A DNA stretch of 63,599 nt, the filler included. It is 7 parts of 7 records of this genome, joined end to end, with 100 filler letters (N's around TTAATTAATTAA, not from the genome) between each part and the next. Parts side by side here need not be neighbours in the genome. Positions count along the whole stretch, not along the records: positions 38,364 to 47,539 come from SRR31147125_30245; positions 47,640 to 55,124 come from SRR31147125_30267; 5 more parts are not named here. One strand, written 5' to 3'. The translations under genes were made by a program, and so were the position numbers. Every line of letters starts with the position of its first letter. Positions within the stretch are counted from its first letter, which is position 1. The notes beneath the pieces were generated by a model, which searched no databases, was not told the DNA's origin, and was given only the letters and a program-made list of their open reading frames with translations. Below are positions 42,773-53,652 of the stretch, one piece after another.

Positions 42773-43501
42773 ATGAAATGTATAATAATTGATGATGAGC
42801 CATTGGCTCAACAAATTATTGAAGACTATATAAAAATGGTACCTTTTCTGCAATTAGAGAAAAAGTGCGATTCTGTTTTTGATGCTATAAACGTATTGCA
42901 GAATACGACTATCGACCTAATCTTTTTAGATATTCATTTGCCTAATATTTCAGGTATTGAATTTATTCGAAGCCTTGAGAATCGGCCTATGTTCATTTTT
43001 ACAACCGCATATTCAGAACATGCCCTGGAAGCCTTTGACTTAAGTGCAATTGATTATCTTTTGAAACCAATCTCATTCCCTCGCTTCTTTAAAGCTGCGA
43101 ATAAAGCATACAATCTGCATTCTTCGAATTCCAAATATCAGAAAGACGAGTTTGCTGAAAAATCGGATAATGATCAGGAATATATACTGGTTAAGTCTGA
43201 CTATAAGTCGGTTAAAATTAGATTAAACCAGATATTATACATTGAAGGCTTGAAAGATTATGTGAAGATCTACCTTCAGAACGAGGAGAAGCCGGTCATT
43301 ACATTGAATTCATTAAAACGTATGTGTGAGAATCTACCTGCATCTAGCTTTTTACGGGTTCATAAATCATTTATTATAAATACAAACCGTATAAAATCGG
43401 TTACCAAAAATCGTGTTGTTATACACGATCGGTGGATTCCAATAGGGGAGAGTTATAAAAATGATTTTCAGAATTCAGTTATTAATAAGTTTGCCCTTTA
43501 G
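42773..43501 (+). CDS. LytTR family response regulator
   Basis: REC domain (DDEP, FLDI, DYLLKP) plus LytTR domain (FLRVHKSFIIN). Confidence 0.93.
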   Translation: MKCIIIDDEPLAQQIIEDYIKMVPFLQLEKKCDSVFDAINVLQNTTIDLIFLDIHLPNISGIEFIRSLENRPMFIFTTAYSEHALEAFDLSAIDYLLKPISFPRFFKAANKAYNLHSSNSKYQKDEFAEKSDNDQEYILVKSDYKSVKIRLNQILYIEGLKDYVKIYLQNEEKPVITLNSLKRMCENLPASSFLRVHKSFIINTNRIKSVTKNRVVIHDRWIPIGESYKNDFQNSVINKFAL

Positions 43502-43510
43502 CAAACAGCC

Positions 43511-44776
43511 TTAATCGTATTTACGGCGGATAAACCAAGTGTCTTTAAGCGAAAATCCTAAACGAAAACGAAGATATTTTTCTTCAATTAAACGATTGTT
43601 GGTTGTTCCCATTTTCCCGAGCTCAAAGCTTAGATCAATACGTGATTTGTTTTTCTTCACTGGAAGCCCAACTCCGAAAGAAACCCCGATTTCATTTAAT
43701 TGGTTGCCTCTCATATTTAAATACGATTGTTCATACTTAAACCCAGCACGATAATTCATTCGTTTGTGATATTTTGCAATTACATTTTTGCTCGGTAATA
43801 AGTCAAAGCCTAAATTGAGATACGGATTATTTTCAAGATTTACTCCTGAAATTTTATACGATTCATCGGACCACATTTGAATGCCAGCATCCATAGCGAG
43901 TAAAAACTTCTCATTCTTTTTATATGAAAAGCCAAGCCCAATTTCTTTTGGAAGCACAAATTCACCTTCAGATTCCACTTCGCTTTGTAGAATTGTTCCA
44001 CCAGAATCATAAGTTGTATTCTCTCTTGACGTCACCAGTTTTTGCTCTGGGTTAAAAATAGCACCAAGCACAATTGAATTGTTGTTGTTCAAATTGAACT
44101 GATATTGAGCTCCAAATTCCCAGTAAAAATTATGAAAAAAGTCTGTTGTAACATTAGTTATTGAATTACTCCCTAAACCACTTAAATCATGGGTTTGAGT
44201 TTGCAATAATGAGCCAAACAAAAATGAATTTTTAATTCCTAACGATAAATTTTTAATTGGAGTTACCCCAAAGGCCAAATATGCACGGCTAATGTCACCT
44301 GATCCGATAACATTCAGCGGATACTCTTCCTGAATTCCATCAATCATACTTGTCGAATTTATCTCGTAGCCTGCTGAGCTATATGGGTTCAATCCGAAAC
44401 TGGAACTTAGCCACGGTGTAACTCTCCATCCCAACGATAGATAACTAAAATTGAAATCATTAGACGATGCCGACTTTGTATTGGTTTTGTATGATGTAAT
44501 GTTCCCATCTGTCCCTATTTCCAGTATAAAAGTCATGCTGTCAATACCAGTTAATGATGCTGGGTTTAACGTATTTATAAAATTATCAGAAACAATACCT
44601 ATTCCTGTATTCCCCATCGCAGAATTGTGTGTATTGCTTTGTGTTTTCAGATCTCCTAGTCCATACATTGAGTAAGGAGAGCTTGTATTGTTTTGTGAAA
44701 AAATTGGGTGCGTACAAAAAATAAATAGAATCACAATAATTAATTCTAAGTTGGTAGATCTAGTAATCTTATTCAT
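43511..44776 (-). CDS. outer-membrane beta-barrel (FadL/OmpP1-like, Bacteroidota type)
   Basis: Signal peptide, SSPYSMYGLG...MG...NPASL plug-like N-terminus, and WF..RKYD C-terminus. Confidence 0.75.
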   Translation of the reverse strand: MNKITRSTNLELIIVILFIFCTHPIFSQNNTSSPYSMYGLGDLKTQSNTHNSAMGNTGIGIVSDNFINTLNPASLTGIDSMTFILEIGTDGNITSYKTNTKSASSNDFNFSYLSLGWRVTPWLSSSFGLNPYSSAGYEINSTSMIDGIQEEYPLNVIGSGDISRAYLAFGVTPIKNLSLGIKNSFLFGSLLQTQTHDLSGLGSNSITNVTTDFFHNFYWEFGAQYQFNLNNNNSIVLGAIFNPEQKLVTSRENTTYDSGGTILQSEVESEGEFVLPKEIGLGFSYKKNEKFLLAMDAGIQMWSDESYKISGVNLENNPYLNLGFDLLPSKNVIAKYHKRMNYRAGFKYEQSYLNMRGNQLNEIGVSFGVGLPVKKNKSRIDLSFELGKMGTTNNRLIEEKYLRFRLGFSLKDTWFIRRKYD

Positions 44777-46121
44777 AAGTTAAAAAATATAGATTCAAAG
44801 AAGGTTTATATTTAGATGCATTTTCACCATAAAAAACAACATGATCAATCGTAGAAAGAAAATCAGTTTCTGAGGGAGACAGAAGGAGCCCTTCGTTTGT
44901 ATCATAAAAGTTTCCAACCAATTTGCCCGAAATAAATGGTGTTATATCTGCTATGTATTGCTTGTTTTCGCTATTAAATTCATCATTGTTCAATGTAGCA
45001 GAAATATAATATGTTTCACTATCTACTGTATAACTAGCCTGATCCCCAAGTTTGTTAATTTTGTCTGTTTCATAGAAATACAGGCTCTCCGGCAAATCAA
45101 TATTTGTGTAGTTGATCAGAGGGATCATAACAAGTTCAGCTCTTAAAAAAATAACATCTTCAAGCATAAATACATCGTTTAGAGATGGAAAGTCAATCCT
45201 AACAACTGTTCCGCTTCCACCATGCAAAAAACACATATCATCAGAATCAGAAGAGTTCAATTCTTCACGTTGGGTTAAAAGATTATAAAACGGTGTCTCT
45301 GAACGATCTGAACTGATTTGATTGTAGTGGTTACTATCCCCCGAAATAGGAAACTGGTAGTTCGTTTCTTCGCTTTCCATCTTTATAATATGAGTATAAA
45401 GGTTTAAGAATATTGAATCTGCCAAAAAACCAGTGACTACATTCCCCGATGAGTTGGAAGACTTTATCACAAATCCTTTTAAATATTCATTGAACTTATC
45501 ATCTGTAGATACTTCATCAGTTTCATCGTAAATTAATTGGATAATTTCTTCCCCAAAGTCATCATCGAGCCTAATCTCAAGTGTTTCTCTATAAGCGTAA
45601 GGATGAAAAATGCGTGTGCCTACAGGGACTTCCTCATGAGGGAATTGACTTGTGTTAAATAAGTAGGTTTCAGAAAGATCATTTTCATGCAATTCAAGCT
45701 GATTTGTTAATCTGTGAATAGCAATATTCTGAATTTCTGTAGAATCACCAATTTGATAATCTGCATATCTTAGAGAGATTGTTATCGAATCAAAAACAGT
45801 CTTTTCTGTAATTTGATAAATCTCATCACTCAAATCAAAATTGAAATAAGTATTTGCTTTTACTTCTCCTGTAAAATCATTTTGGTACTTGCCTATTAAT
45901 AACATATCTGTACCCGATGTTGGAATTGAATCATACTGGATTGTAGAAAGCTTGACAGTAAAACTATCAATCATGCTAATTTTTGTTTTTGATTCAATCA
46001 GGTCTTCTCCAATCTCGAAGCTGCTTTCTTCATTCTCACATCCAATTGTCAGAATAATTACAATAATGAAAGCAAGCCAAGGCTGAATCATTTGCCTCTG
46101 CATTGAAAATTTGTATATCAT
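44769..46121 (-). CDS. DUF4270-like lipoprotein
   Basis: Lipobox TIGC, DSF.V..ST...DSIPTS, LLIG.Y and FDSI motifs. Overlaps the barrel gene. Confidence 0.65.
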   Translation of the reverse strand: MIYKFSMQRQMIQPWLAFIIVIILTIGCENEESSFEIGEDLIESKTKISMIDSFTVKLSTIQYDSIPTSGTDMLLIGKYQNDFTGEVKANTYFNFDLSDEIYQITEKTVFDSITISLRYADYQIGDSTEIQNIAIHRLTNQLELHENDLSETYLFNTSQFPHEEVPVGTRIFHPYAYRETLEIRLDDDFGEEIIQLIYDETDEVSTDDKFNEYLKGFVIKSSNSSGNVVTGFLADSIFLNLYTHIIKMESEETNYQFPISGDSNHYNQISSDRSETPFYNLLTQREELNSSDSDDMCFLHGGSGTVVRIDFPSLNDVFMLEDVIFLRAELVMIPLINYTNIDLPESLYFYETDKINKLGDQASYTVDSETYYISATLNNDEFNSENKQYIADITPFISGKLVGNFYDTNEGLLLSPSETDFLSTIDHVVFYGENASKYKPSLNLYFLTYE

Positions 46122-46398
46122 GACTTTGTTTATCTTGTTTTATGCAAAGCAATAATTTACCTGCACCACAAAAAATACTTTTAGATTTAGAGGGGGTATT
46201 ATGATCTGATCGGGCAAGTTTCATCGACCAACCGCCACACATCCTTGATTGTCTGTTAACCGGTGTTAAGAAGACTGAAATAATTTAACAAATCAGCTTT
46301 TTTATCGATGAACACCTTGCTAATTGGTAAAAATAAAGAGTCGCTAGTCAAAAAACAGGGGTTGGTCTATCATTCTTTTTTGAAGTTATTATTCAAGT

Positions 46399-46406
46399 TA
46401 AGTTTG
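46399..46406 (+). promoter_or_regulatory. Bacteroidota -7 promoter element
   Basis: TAAGTTTG matches TAnnTTTG, upstream of the Kelch gene. Confidence 0.5.
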
Positions 46407-46463
46407 CCATGAAACTGAAAATGAAAAACAATGTTTAGAAAAGAATTAACAGAAACAAAAAGT

Positions 46464-47465
46464 ATGAAACTAATTCTCAATCTTGGAATTATTCTGGCTG
46501 TGTCCGCAATGTTTGTTGCATGTAATGGCAGCGATGATGATGATGATTTACTGGGGAATTGGGTCGAGCTTTCCGATTTTGAAGGTATTCCCCGAGCAGA
46601 TGCAGTTGGGGTGAGCACGAATGATAATGGCTATGTTATAGCCGGCTATGATGGAGATGATTGGCTAAACGATATTTGGGAATACAATCCAGGATCAGAT
46701 TATTGGAAACAAAAAGCTGTTTTTCCTGGTGTGGCTAGAAATGGAGCAGTTGGGTTTAGTGTAAACAACAAGGTATATGTTGGAACTGGTTACGATGGAA
46801 CAAACAAGCTTAATGACTTTTATGAATTCGATCCTGAAACGAATGAATGGACACGTAAAGCTGACTTTGGAGGCTCGCCAAGATATGGAGCTATTGCCAT
46901 GTCAATTGGGAGTAAAGGTTATATTGGAACAGGATATGATGGCAACTATTTAAAAGATTTTTGGGAGTACAACCCTGACACTGACGAATGGACACAGAAA
47001 GTAAGCGTTGGAGGGTCTAAGCGTAGAGATGCACTTGCTTTTGTTATTAACGATATTGGCTATGTATGTGGTGGAGTTGATAATGGTGTATATGAAGAAG
47101 ACTTTTGGAAGTATGATCCATCTGCAGACAGTTGGAGTCAGCTTCGGGATATAGCAGATGTAACTGATGAAGATTATGATGATGATTATTCGATAACACG
47201 TATTAATGGGGCTTGTTTTGTTATGAATAACAAAGCCTATGTTGCTACTGGTGGAAAAAATGCTACAGGAAGTGATGTATGGGAGTATAATCCAACAACA
47301 GATTTATGGGAAGAAAAAACTAATCTGGAGGGCTCTGCCCGACTTGATGCAATTGGTTTTACAATTAACAATGTCGGATTTATTACTACAGGCCGTAACA
47401 GTAGTTATTATTTCGACGATGTTTGGCGTTTTGAACCCGAGGCTGAATACGATGAATATGACTGA
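46464..47465 (+). CDS. Kelch-repeat beta-propeller lipoprotein
   Basis: Lipobox FVAC and six repeats of R....F.....GY..TG......D.WEY.P....W. Confidence 0.88.
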   Translation: MKLILNLGIILAVSAMFVACNGSDDDDDLLGNWVELSDFEGIPRADAVGVSTNDNGYVIAGYDGDDWLNDIWEYNPGSDYWKQKAVFPGVARNGAVGFSVNNKVYVGTGYDGTNKLNDFYEFDPETNEWTRKADFGGSPRYGAIAMSIGSKGYIGTGYDGNYLKDFWEYNPDTDEWTQKVSVGGSKRRDALAFVINDIGYVCGGVDNGVYEEDFWKYDPSADSWSQLRDIADVTDEDYDDDYSITRINGACFVMNNKAYVATGGKNATGSDVWEYNPTTDLWEEKTNLEGSARLDAIGFTINNVGFITTGRNSSYYFDDVWRFEPEAEYDEYD

Positions 47466-47539
47466 TCGATTTCGGATTGTAATGCCTCTAATCATTCTAG
47501 GGGCATTATCTTTTTCTTGCAATGAAAAAAGAACTTCAA
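47458..47539 (+). CDS. 5' fragment of a probable lipoprotein, truncated
   Basis: MTDRFRIVMPLIILGALSFSC signal/lipobox overlapping the Kelch stop codon. Confidence 0.45.
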
Positions 47540-47639
47540 NNNNNNNNNNNNNNNNNNNNNNNNNNNNNNNNNNNNNNNNNNNNTTAATTAATTAANNNNN
47601 NNNNNNNNNNNNNNNNNNNNNNNNNNNNNNNNNNNNNNN
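47540..47639. other. artificial contig linker
   Basis: N44-TTAATTAATTAA-N44. Confidence 0.98.
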
Positions 47640-49776
47640 CGTCCATCTCCGGCATCTGCACATCCATGAACACCAGATCAAAGGAGGCTTTTTCCACCCT
47701 GTCCAAAGCTTCACGACCGTTTGTCGCTACCGTCACAATCAATCCGGCCTGCTTTATAAACGTGGCGGCCAACGTCTGGTTGACAGGATTGTCTTCCACC
47801 ACCAACACCTGGGCATTTTGAATTCCCGCCAATTTCTTTATTTTGAACTCTTCATCTTGCACCGACTCATCCTCATGTGCCGCTTCCGTCGCCACACCAA
47901 AACGAGCGTCAAAAGAAAAGGTGCTGCCCTTGCCTGGAGTGCTCTCCACTGTGAGGGACCCTCCCATCATCTCAACCAGTTGTTTTGCAATGGGAAGCCC
48001 AAGTCCTGTCCCCTCATATCGGCGGGTAATGGAATCATCCACTTGGCGAAACGATTGGAAAATTTGCCTGATCTGCTCCGAATTCACACCGATGCCGGTA
48101 TCCTTTACCGAGAAGCCCACGCGCACCGTGTCATCATTCTCGGAAAGCAGACTGGTGGAAACGGCAACCTCTCCCTGCCTGGTGAATTTGATTGCATTGA
48201 TGGCAAGATTGATCAGTACCTGTTTCAAACGCAGGGGATCTCCCAACAGGTTCAGGGGCAACTTCTCATCATGAAAATACAAGAGCTCAAGCCCCTTTTC
48301 CCGAGCTTTCAAGCTCACCATATTCAATAGATTGTCCATCACTTTATCGAGATTGAAGACAATCCGATCCAGGGACATGCGGCCTGCTTCGATCTTGGAA
48401 AAATCAAGAATGCCATTGACGATGTCGAGCAATACCTTGGCAGCGCTGTGGATCTTTCCGATGTAATCCTTCTGCGTGGGATTCAAATTCGTACTAAATG
48501 AGAGCTGGGAGAATCCGATCACGGCATTGATGGGGGTGCGGATCTCATGGCTCATATGGGCCAGAAATTTGCTTTTGGACTGACTGGCCGATTCCGCCTG
48601 CTGTTTGGCATCTGCCAGCTCTATCGCCTGTACTTCCAATTGTCTGGTCTGTTCGGCCAGTGCGGCTGTACGCGCTTCCACCAACTCTTCCAAATGTTCC
48701 TGATACTCTTTCAACTCTTCTCTGGCACGTGTAAGCTGATGGACCCGCTCTTCCAAACGGCTGATCACCTCCCTCAATTGGGCTGTCATACTATTGAACG
48801 CCTTGGCCAAAAGACCGATCTCATCTTCCGTTCCGACTCTGACGGTACGTTCCAGATCGCCTGAGGATATGGCAACTGCGGTTTGGGATAGTTCAGCCAA
48901 CGGAGCGACCACATGGAACCAGAATCGTTGCCTGAAAAACAACACCACGATGCCCCAGACCACCAAACAGATGAGTGTAATGGGTGCAGCCGCCTTGAGC
49001 AGGGGAGCGTATACCACTGCCAGGGGCACCTGCACCAGTATCCTCCACCCCGTGGCTTGCACCGCTACGCAACTGCCCAGCACCCACTGATTGTCCGCCC
49101 GGTAGTGCAAGGTGCTTCCACTGGTCTTCACCCGTTGAAAAAGGGGGAGATTGCGCACCCGGGTCTGTTGGGCGATGAGCTCCACACGGGGATGTGCCAA
49201 AAGCGTCCCGGTCTGATCCACGATGACAATGGTGCTGCGACCATTTTTGTGGTAGGCTGCGGAAACCGCCTCCTGGAATGTCCCCAGATTGAGCTCGGCC
49301 ACCATCATGCCTCCGTCCCCAAGGGGCCAGGTGATGTTGACGGTCGGCTTACCCGTGCGCATGGAGTTGAATGGTCGGGAAATATATAGCCCCTGCTGCG
49401 CTTTGGTCGAAATGAAAAACGGTTGACGGGATTGATCCAACCCCATATAGCGGGGTTCATGGGGCTCCATCGCCACAATGACACCACTCCGGTCCAATCG
49501 ATATATGGTGTCAAAGTACGCAAATCCTTCACGGGAGGATTCAAGATAGAAACACAATTGGCTCTCCCCGTACTGATCCGCCACCTTGGCCGAAGATCTG
49601 AGCATATTCTCGGCATTTTCCAGGAACGTCTCAACCGTATTGGCCAACACGCGGGCCAGCTCCATCTGCTGGGCACTCAGGGAGCGGCTCCACATGAAGC
49701 TTGTCAGGCCCAATATCAAGACAATGAGAACAAGCGTGGGAACAAAAAGGCATTGCGTCAACAGACGCAACAACAT
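47640..49776 (-). CDS. hybrid sensor kinase (dCache-HAMP-HisKA-HATPase-REC), 3'-truncated
   Basis: FLAHMSHEIRTP, NAIKFT, DTGIG, GTGLGL and VEDN...MDVQMP. True start is possibly 49832 (ATGA overlap with the upstream stop) if a G is missing near 49777. Confidence 0.92.
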
Positions 49777-49828
49777 CCCAAACCACCGGTTTTGACTCTC
49801 CGTTCGCTGTTCCCTGTCTCGCCTGTCT

Positions 49829-51034
49829 TCATTGACTTATTCGGCCTTTAGTAACAAACCTTCCATCTTCAACGGTAATTAGATAATTGATACGCACCCC
49901 ATCTCCGTACTTATCCAAGGCGATGGATTCCATGAGCCCGTCAATGCGAATTCCTGGCAAGGTCTGAGCCAGTCCCTCGGACCGACCGTCTGTTTTTTCC
50001 AAGGCAGCTGCCAGGATCCACATGGCCTCGTAGGCGTTTCTGGCCATGAAATTGGTAACCCGTTTATATCGATCCTTATATCGCTTCTCAAATTTCACAA
50101 AGGCAATCGCTTTACTGTCCAAATCAAAGCGGGAGGCAAACGACATTCCTTCCACTGCTTTTCCACCGTTTTCGATCAGAGCCTCCGAAAAGGTCCATCC
50201 GCATCCGAACAGATCCGCATGCCATCCCAGCAGTCGGGATTGTTGGGCGATGAGGGCGCCGTCAAAGGCCGAGGTGACGATCAACAAGCCTTGGGAGTCA
50301 CTTTGAGATAACTGCTCCACCAATGGAGCAAAGAACGGGTTTTCAGCAGAGGAATAACCCATCACCTTTACCATTTTTCCCCCGATTTTATGCAGCTCAT
50401 CCCCAAAAGCGGTCAGATAGGGACGCGTAAAATCGGAATTGTCCCGATCATATATGGCGGCCATGCGCTTGAGTCCGATTTTATTCACCACATGGTGCGC
50501 CAGGCAACGTGCCTCGGAGGTTAAGTCGCCAATCACACGAAAAAAGTGGTCGACTTGTCCGGTCAAATTGGGCGTTGAAGAGGTGGGCGACAACAACACC
50601 ATGCCTGACTTTTCCATCACCGGCAAGGCGGCCATGCTCTGGTTGCTGGTCATATGGCCGATGATGGCCACCACCTCCGCATCGATCAACTCCAGATCGG
50701 CGCGTTGGGCGCCTTCGGGAGTTCCCTTGTCATCCCGAACCAACAACTTCACCTTTTTTCCCGCAATCCCCCCTGCTGCGTTGATTTCATCGATGGCCAA
50801 CAGCACCCCATCCCTTCCACTCACCCCCATATTGGCATGGGGGCCGGTCAACTGCCCGGAAAAACCGACTTTGATTGGGCTGCCATGATCACATCCGGCG
50901 GCAAAGGCTGAAAGAGCCATGAGTATCAGCAATGTACCATACATACTCATATAGGGAACAAATGACATATTGGCATACAATATCCTGTTCATTCGTGGCC
51001 ATTGAAAGTAGAATTTCCAAAAAACGGTTCTCAT
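49829..51034 (-). CDS. LivJ/LivK-like periplasmic binding protein
   Basis: IKVGFSGQLTG, INAAGGIAG and DDKGTPE motifs. Start probably later, near the signal/lipobox AAGC. Confidence 0.88.
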   Translation of the reverse strand: MRTVFWKFYFQWPRMNRILYANMSFVPYMSMYGTLLILMALSAFAAGCDHGSPIKVGFSGQLTGPHANMGVSGRDGVLLAIDEINAAGGIAGKKVKLLVRDDKGTPEGAQRADLELIDAEVVAIIGHMTSNQSMAALPVMEKSGMVLLSPTSSTPNLTGQVDHFFRVIGDLTSEARCLAHHVVNKIGLKRMAAIYDRDNSDFTRPYLTAFGDELHKIGGKMVKVMGYSSAENPFFAPLVEQLSQSDSQGLLIVTSAFDGALIAQQSRLLGWHADLFGCGWTFSEALIENGGKAVEGMSFASRFDLDSKAIAFVKFEKRYKDRYKRVTNFMARNAYEAMWILAAALEKTDGRSEGLAQTLPGIRIDGLMESIALDKYGDGVRINYLITVEDGRFVTKGRISQ

Positions 51035-51065
51035 GATGATTTTATCCTTTGGAAAGATGCAGGCG

Positions 51066-52206
51066 TTACGGTTCTATGGAGGATATGGTTACAAATCTAC
51101 CTTTTTCCACAACATGCAAAAAATGGGTTCGACTCACATCGCCATATTGATCCATGGAAATCGTTCCCACAAGTCCATTAAAGTCTTGAATCTCCTTCAA
51201 AAACGTTTTGAGACCGGCCTTCCGCCCTTTACTCTTGTTCAGGGCAGTGGCCAAAATCTGCATTGCTTCGTAACCGGAGCCTTCTACAAAAGTGGGTTCA
51301 CGGTTAAATTTTGCGTAATATTGGCTACGAAATTTCTGAAACAGCGGACTTTGACTGTTCGAATCAAAGTAGAGAACAATTTCGATTCCTTCCACCGCTT
51401 TTCCCCCGTATTGAAGCATTGCATCCGTCTGGGCCCAAGCAGAAGAAAAGAGATGGATCAAAGGATGGGCACCCTTAATTTTCTGAGCAATCAGTGCCGT
51501 ATCCAGCGGGGATGCGATAATCAACACGGCATCGGGCTCGTGTGCACTCACCTTCTTTACAATTTGACTGAAATTGGGTTTGCTGCCGGAGGGAAATCCC
51601 CATTCACCGATGATTTCGCCTCCCGCGTCCCCGAATGTCTTTGAAACCGTATTTAAGTATACATTAGTATATGGCGAATTATCAGTATCAAAAACAACCG
51701 CCAATCTGTGAACCGCCCGATTCCGATATATATGCCCGGCGATTATCCGCGCCTCGGTTGTACAGGTGGCTGCCACCCGGAAAAAAATCGTCCAGACCGG
51801 TCAGCGCCACTGTCGATGTGGTCGGGGAAATGAGCACCATGCCCGCTTTTTCCACCACAGGCAGAGCAGCCATGGTCTGCCCGCTGGTCATATGGCCGAT
51901 GATGGCCACAACATCGGCATCGATCAACTCCTTGTCCGCAGTCCGCGCCCCCTCGGGTGTTCCTTTGTCATCCCGAACCAAAAGTTTGAGAGGGCGGCCT
52001 TGGATCCCGCCTTCGGCATTGATATTGTCCACTGCCAGCATGACGCCGTCACGACCTTTGATGCCCAGATCGGCATATGCACCGCTCACATGCCCCGAAA
52101 ACCCGATCAGAATCGGCTTGGATCTACCGTAACCCAACTGAATCATGCCCCAAATAGCAGCGGCCGATACAATTCCACTAATACCCAATAAAATTCGTTT
52201 TTTCAC
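51066..52206 (-). CDS. second LivJ/LivK-like periplasmic binding protein, frameshift at A-run 51781-51787
   Basis: GTG start at 52206 (VKKRILLG) after GAGGG, and INAEGGIQG..DDKGTPE. The C-terminal half is in ORF 51066-51776. Paralogue of the neighbouring gene. Confidence 0.82.
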
Positions 52207-52530
52207 AATACCCTCTGCAAAACGTGTATGTGAATGGATTTTTCGGTCGTCCGGGCCGTGTCGACGATGGTGTGGATCGTCCACCATATCCCCCGGCGTT
52301 ATCGAACGCGTCCATCGTGTTGGTCAGAACGACGCCCAAACCTCATCCATCAAGAACTTATGGCTGACGGGTAACGATGCAGAACAGGATAAAAAAGCTC
52401 AAAAAGAAGATATGCGAAATGAGAGTGCTCTTGATTCTCCTTCCAAATCTTATCAATCCCGTCAAAAAACATGCAACAGGAAACATGTAATTTGGAAAGA
52501 TGTTTACAACTGCCGAGTCATTTAATCGGC

Positions 52531-53567
52531 TCATTTAAATCGAACCCTGGGATCCACAAGCGCCACACAGATATCCGACAAAATGTTTCCCAACATAAAC
52601 AGCAGGGATGAAATCACCAAAATCCCCATCACCACCGGATAGTCCCGATCCACCACCGATTCATACCCCAAAAGCCCCATCCCGTTGATGTTGAACACCT
52701 TCTCAATGAGAAACGACCCCATGAGAATCACTGAAATATTGTTCCCGAAATGGGTGGCAATGGGGATGAGACTGTTTCTAAATGCATGCCGGAACACCGC
52801 CTGCTTGAATGTCAATCCCTTGGCAATGGCCGTACGAACATAGTCGGCGGAGAGGTGATCCATCAAGGTGTTTTTCATTAGAAGCGTCATCACCGTAAAC
52901 GATCCGATGACGTAGGATAGAAGCGGCAGTGTGGTATGCCATATCACATCTTTCACCTTCTCCCACGGCGTCATGATATAGAACATATCCGATGTCATGT
53001 TCCCGAGAGGAAATAAGTCCATTGATGACGCCAGAAGCACCAGCAACATGACGCCGGCCACCCAGCCCGGAATGGCATATCCGATGAAGATGATGATGGA
53101 GGAGATGTTGTCAAAGGCGCTGCGGTGTCGAATGGCTTTGGCAATCCCCAACGGGATGCAGACCCCGTAAACGATGATGAGCGTCAGAAGACCAAAGTAG
53201 AGAGAGATGGGGATCCGCTCTTTGATCATCTCCCATACCGGATCATAGTAGCGGGTGGAACGACCCAGATCTCCTTTGAGTACTTTGCCGAGCCACAGAA
53301 AGTAGCTCTCCAAGATCGGCTTATCAAAACCGTAATAGGCTTTGAGCCGTTCAATTTGCTCTTCGGAGAGGGGCTGACCACCACCGGAGTCGCTTCCCAT
53401 CGATACCCCACCACCACCGTCTCCCATGGCCTGCATCTGTCTTGCCTCGGCAATGATGCGCTCCACAGGCCCCCCGGTACAAATCGGGTAATGGCAAACA
53501 CCATGACGGTGATGCCCAGAAATGTGGGGATAATCAATAGAAGTCTACGGATAAAATATGCGGTCAT
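52531..53567 (-). CDS. peptide ABC permease, YejB/OppB-like, frameshift at C-run 53470-53475
   Basis: YFIRRLLLIIPT...VPGG(P)VE, YGFDKP, YVRTAIAKGL and DRDYPVV..DPR. Confidence 0.88.
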
Positions 53568-53652
53568 AAATCCCCAATTAGATCATGGAACCAAGTATGA
53601 AACCGCAAAAAAGGCACTCGGCCGTACCCCTTTTACGATCATCAATTAAAAT

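Noticed and set aside
47818-52525. Numerous 60-200 aa plus-strand ORFs opposite the kinase and SBP genes (likewise 29457-30194 and those antisense to the GlmS-like gene)
   Set aside because: Antisense shadow ORFs of well-supported genes in GC-richer DNA, with no motifs of their own.
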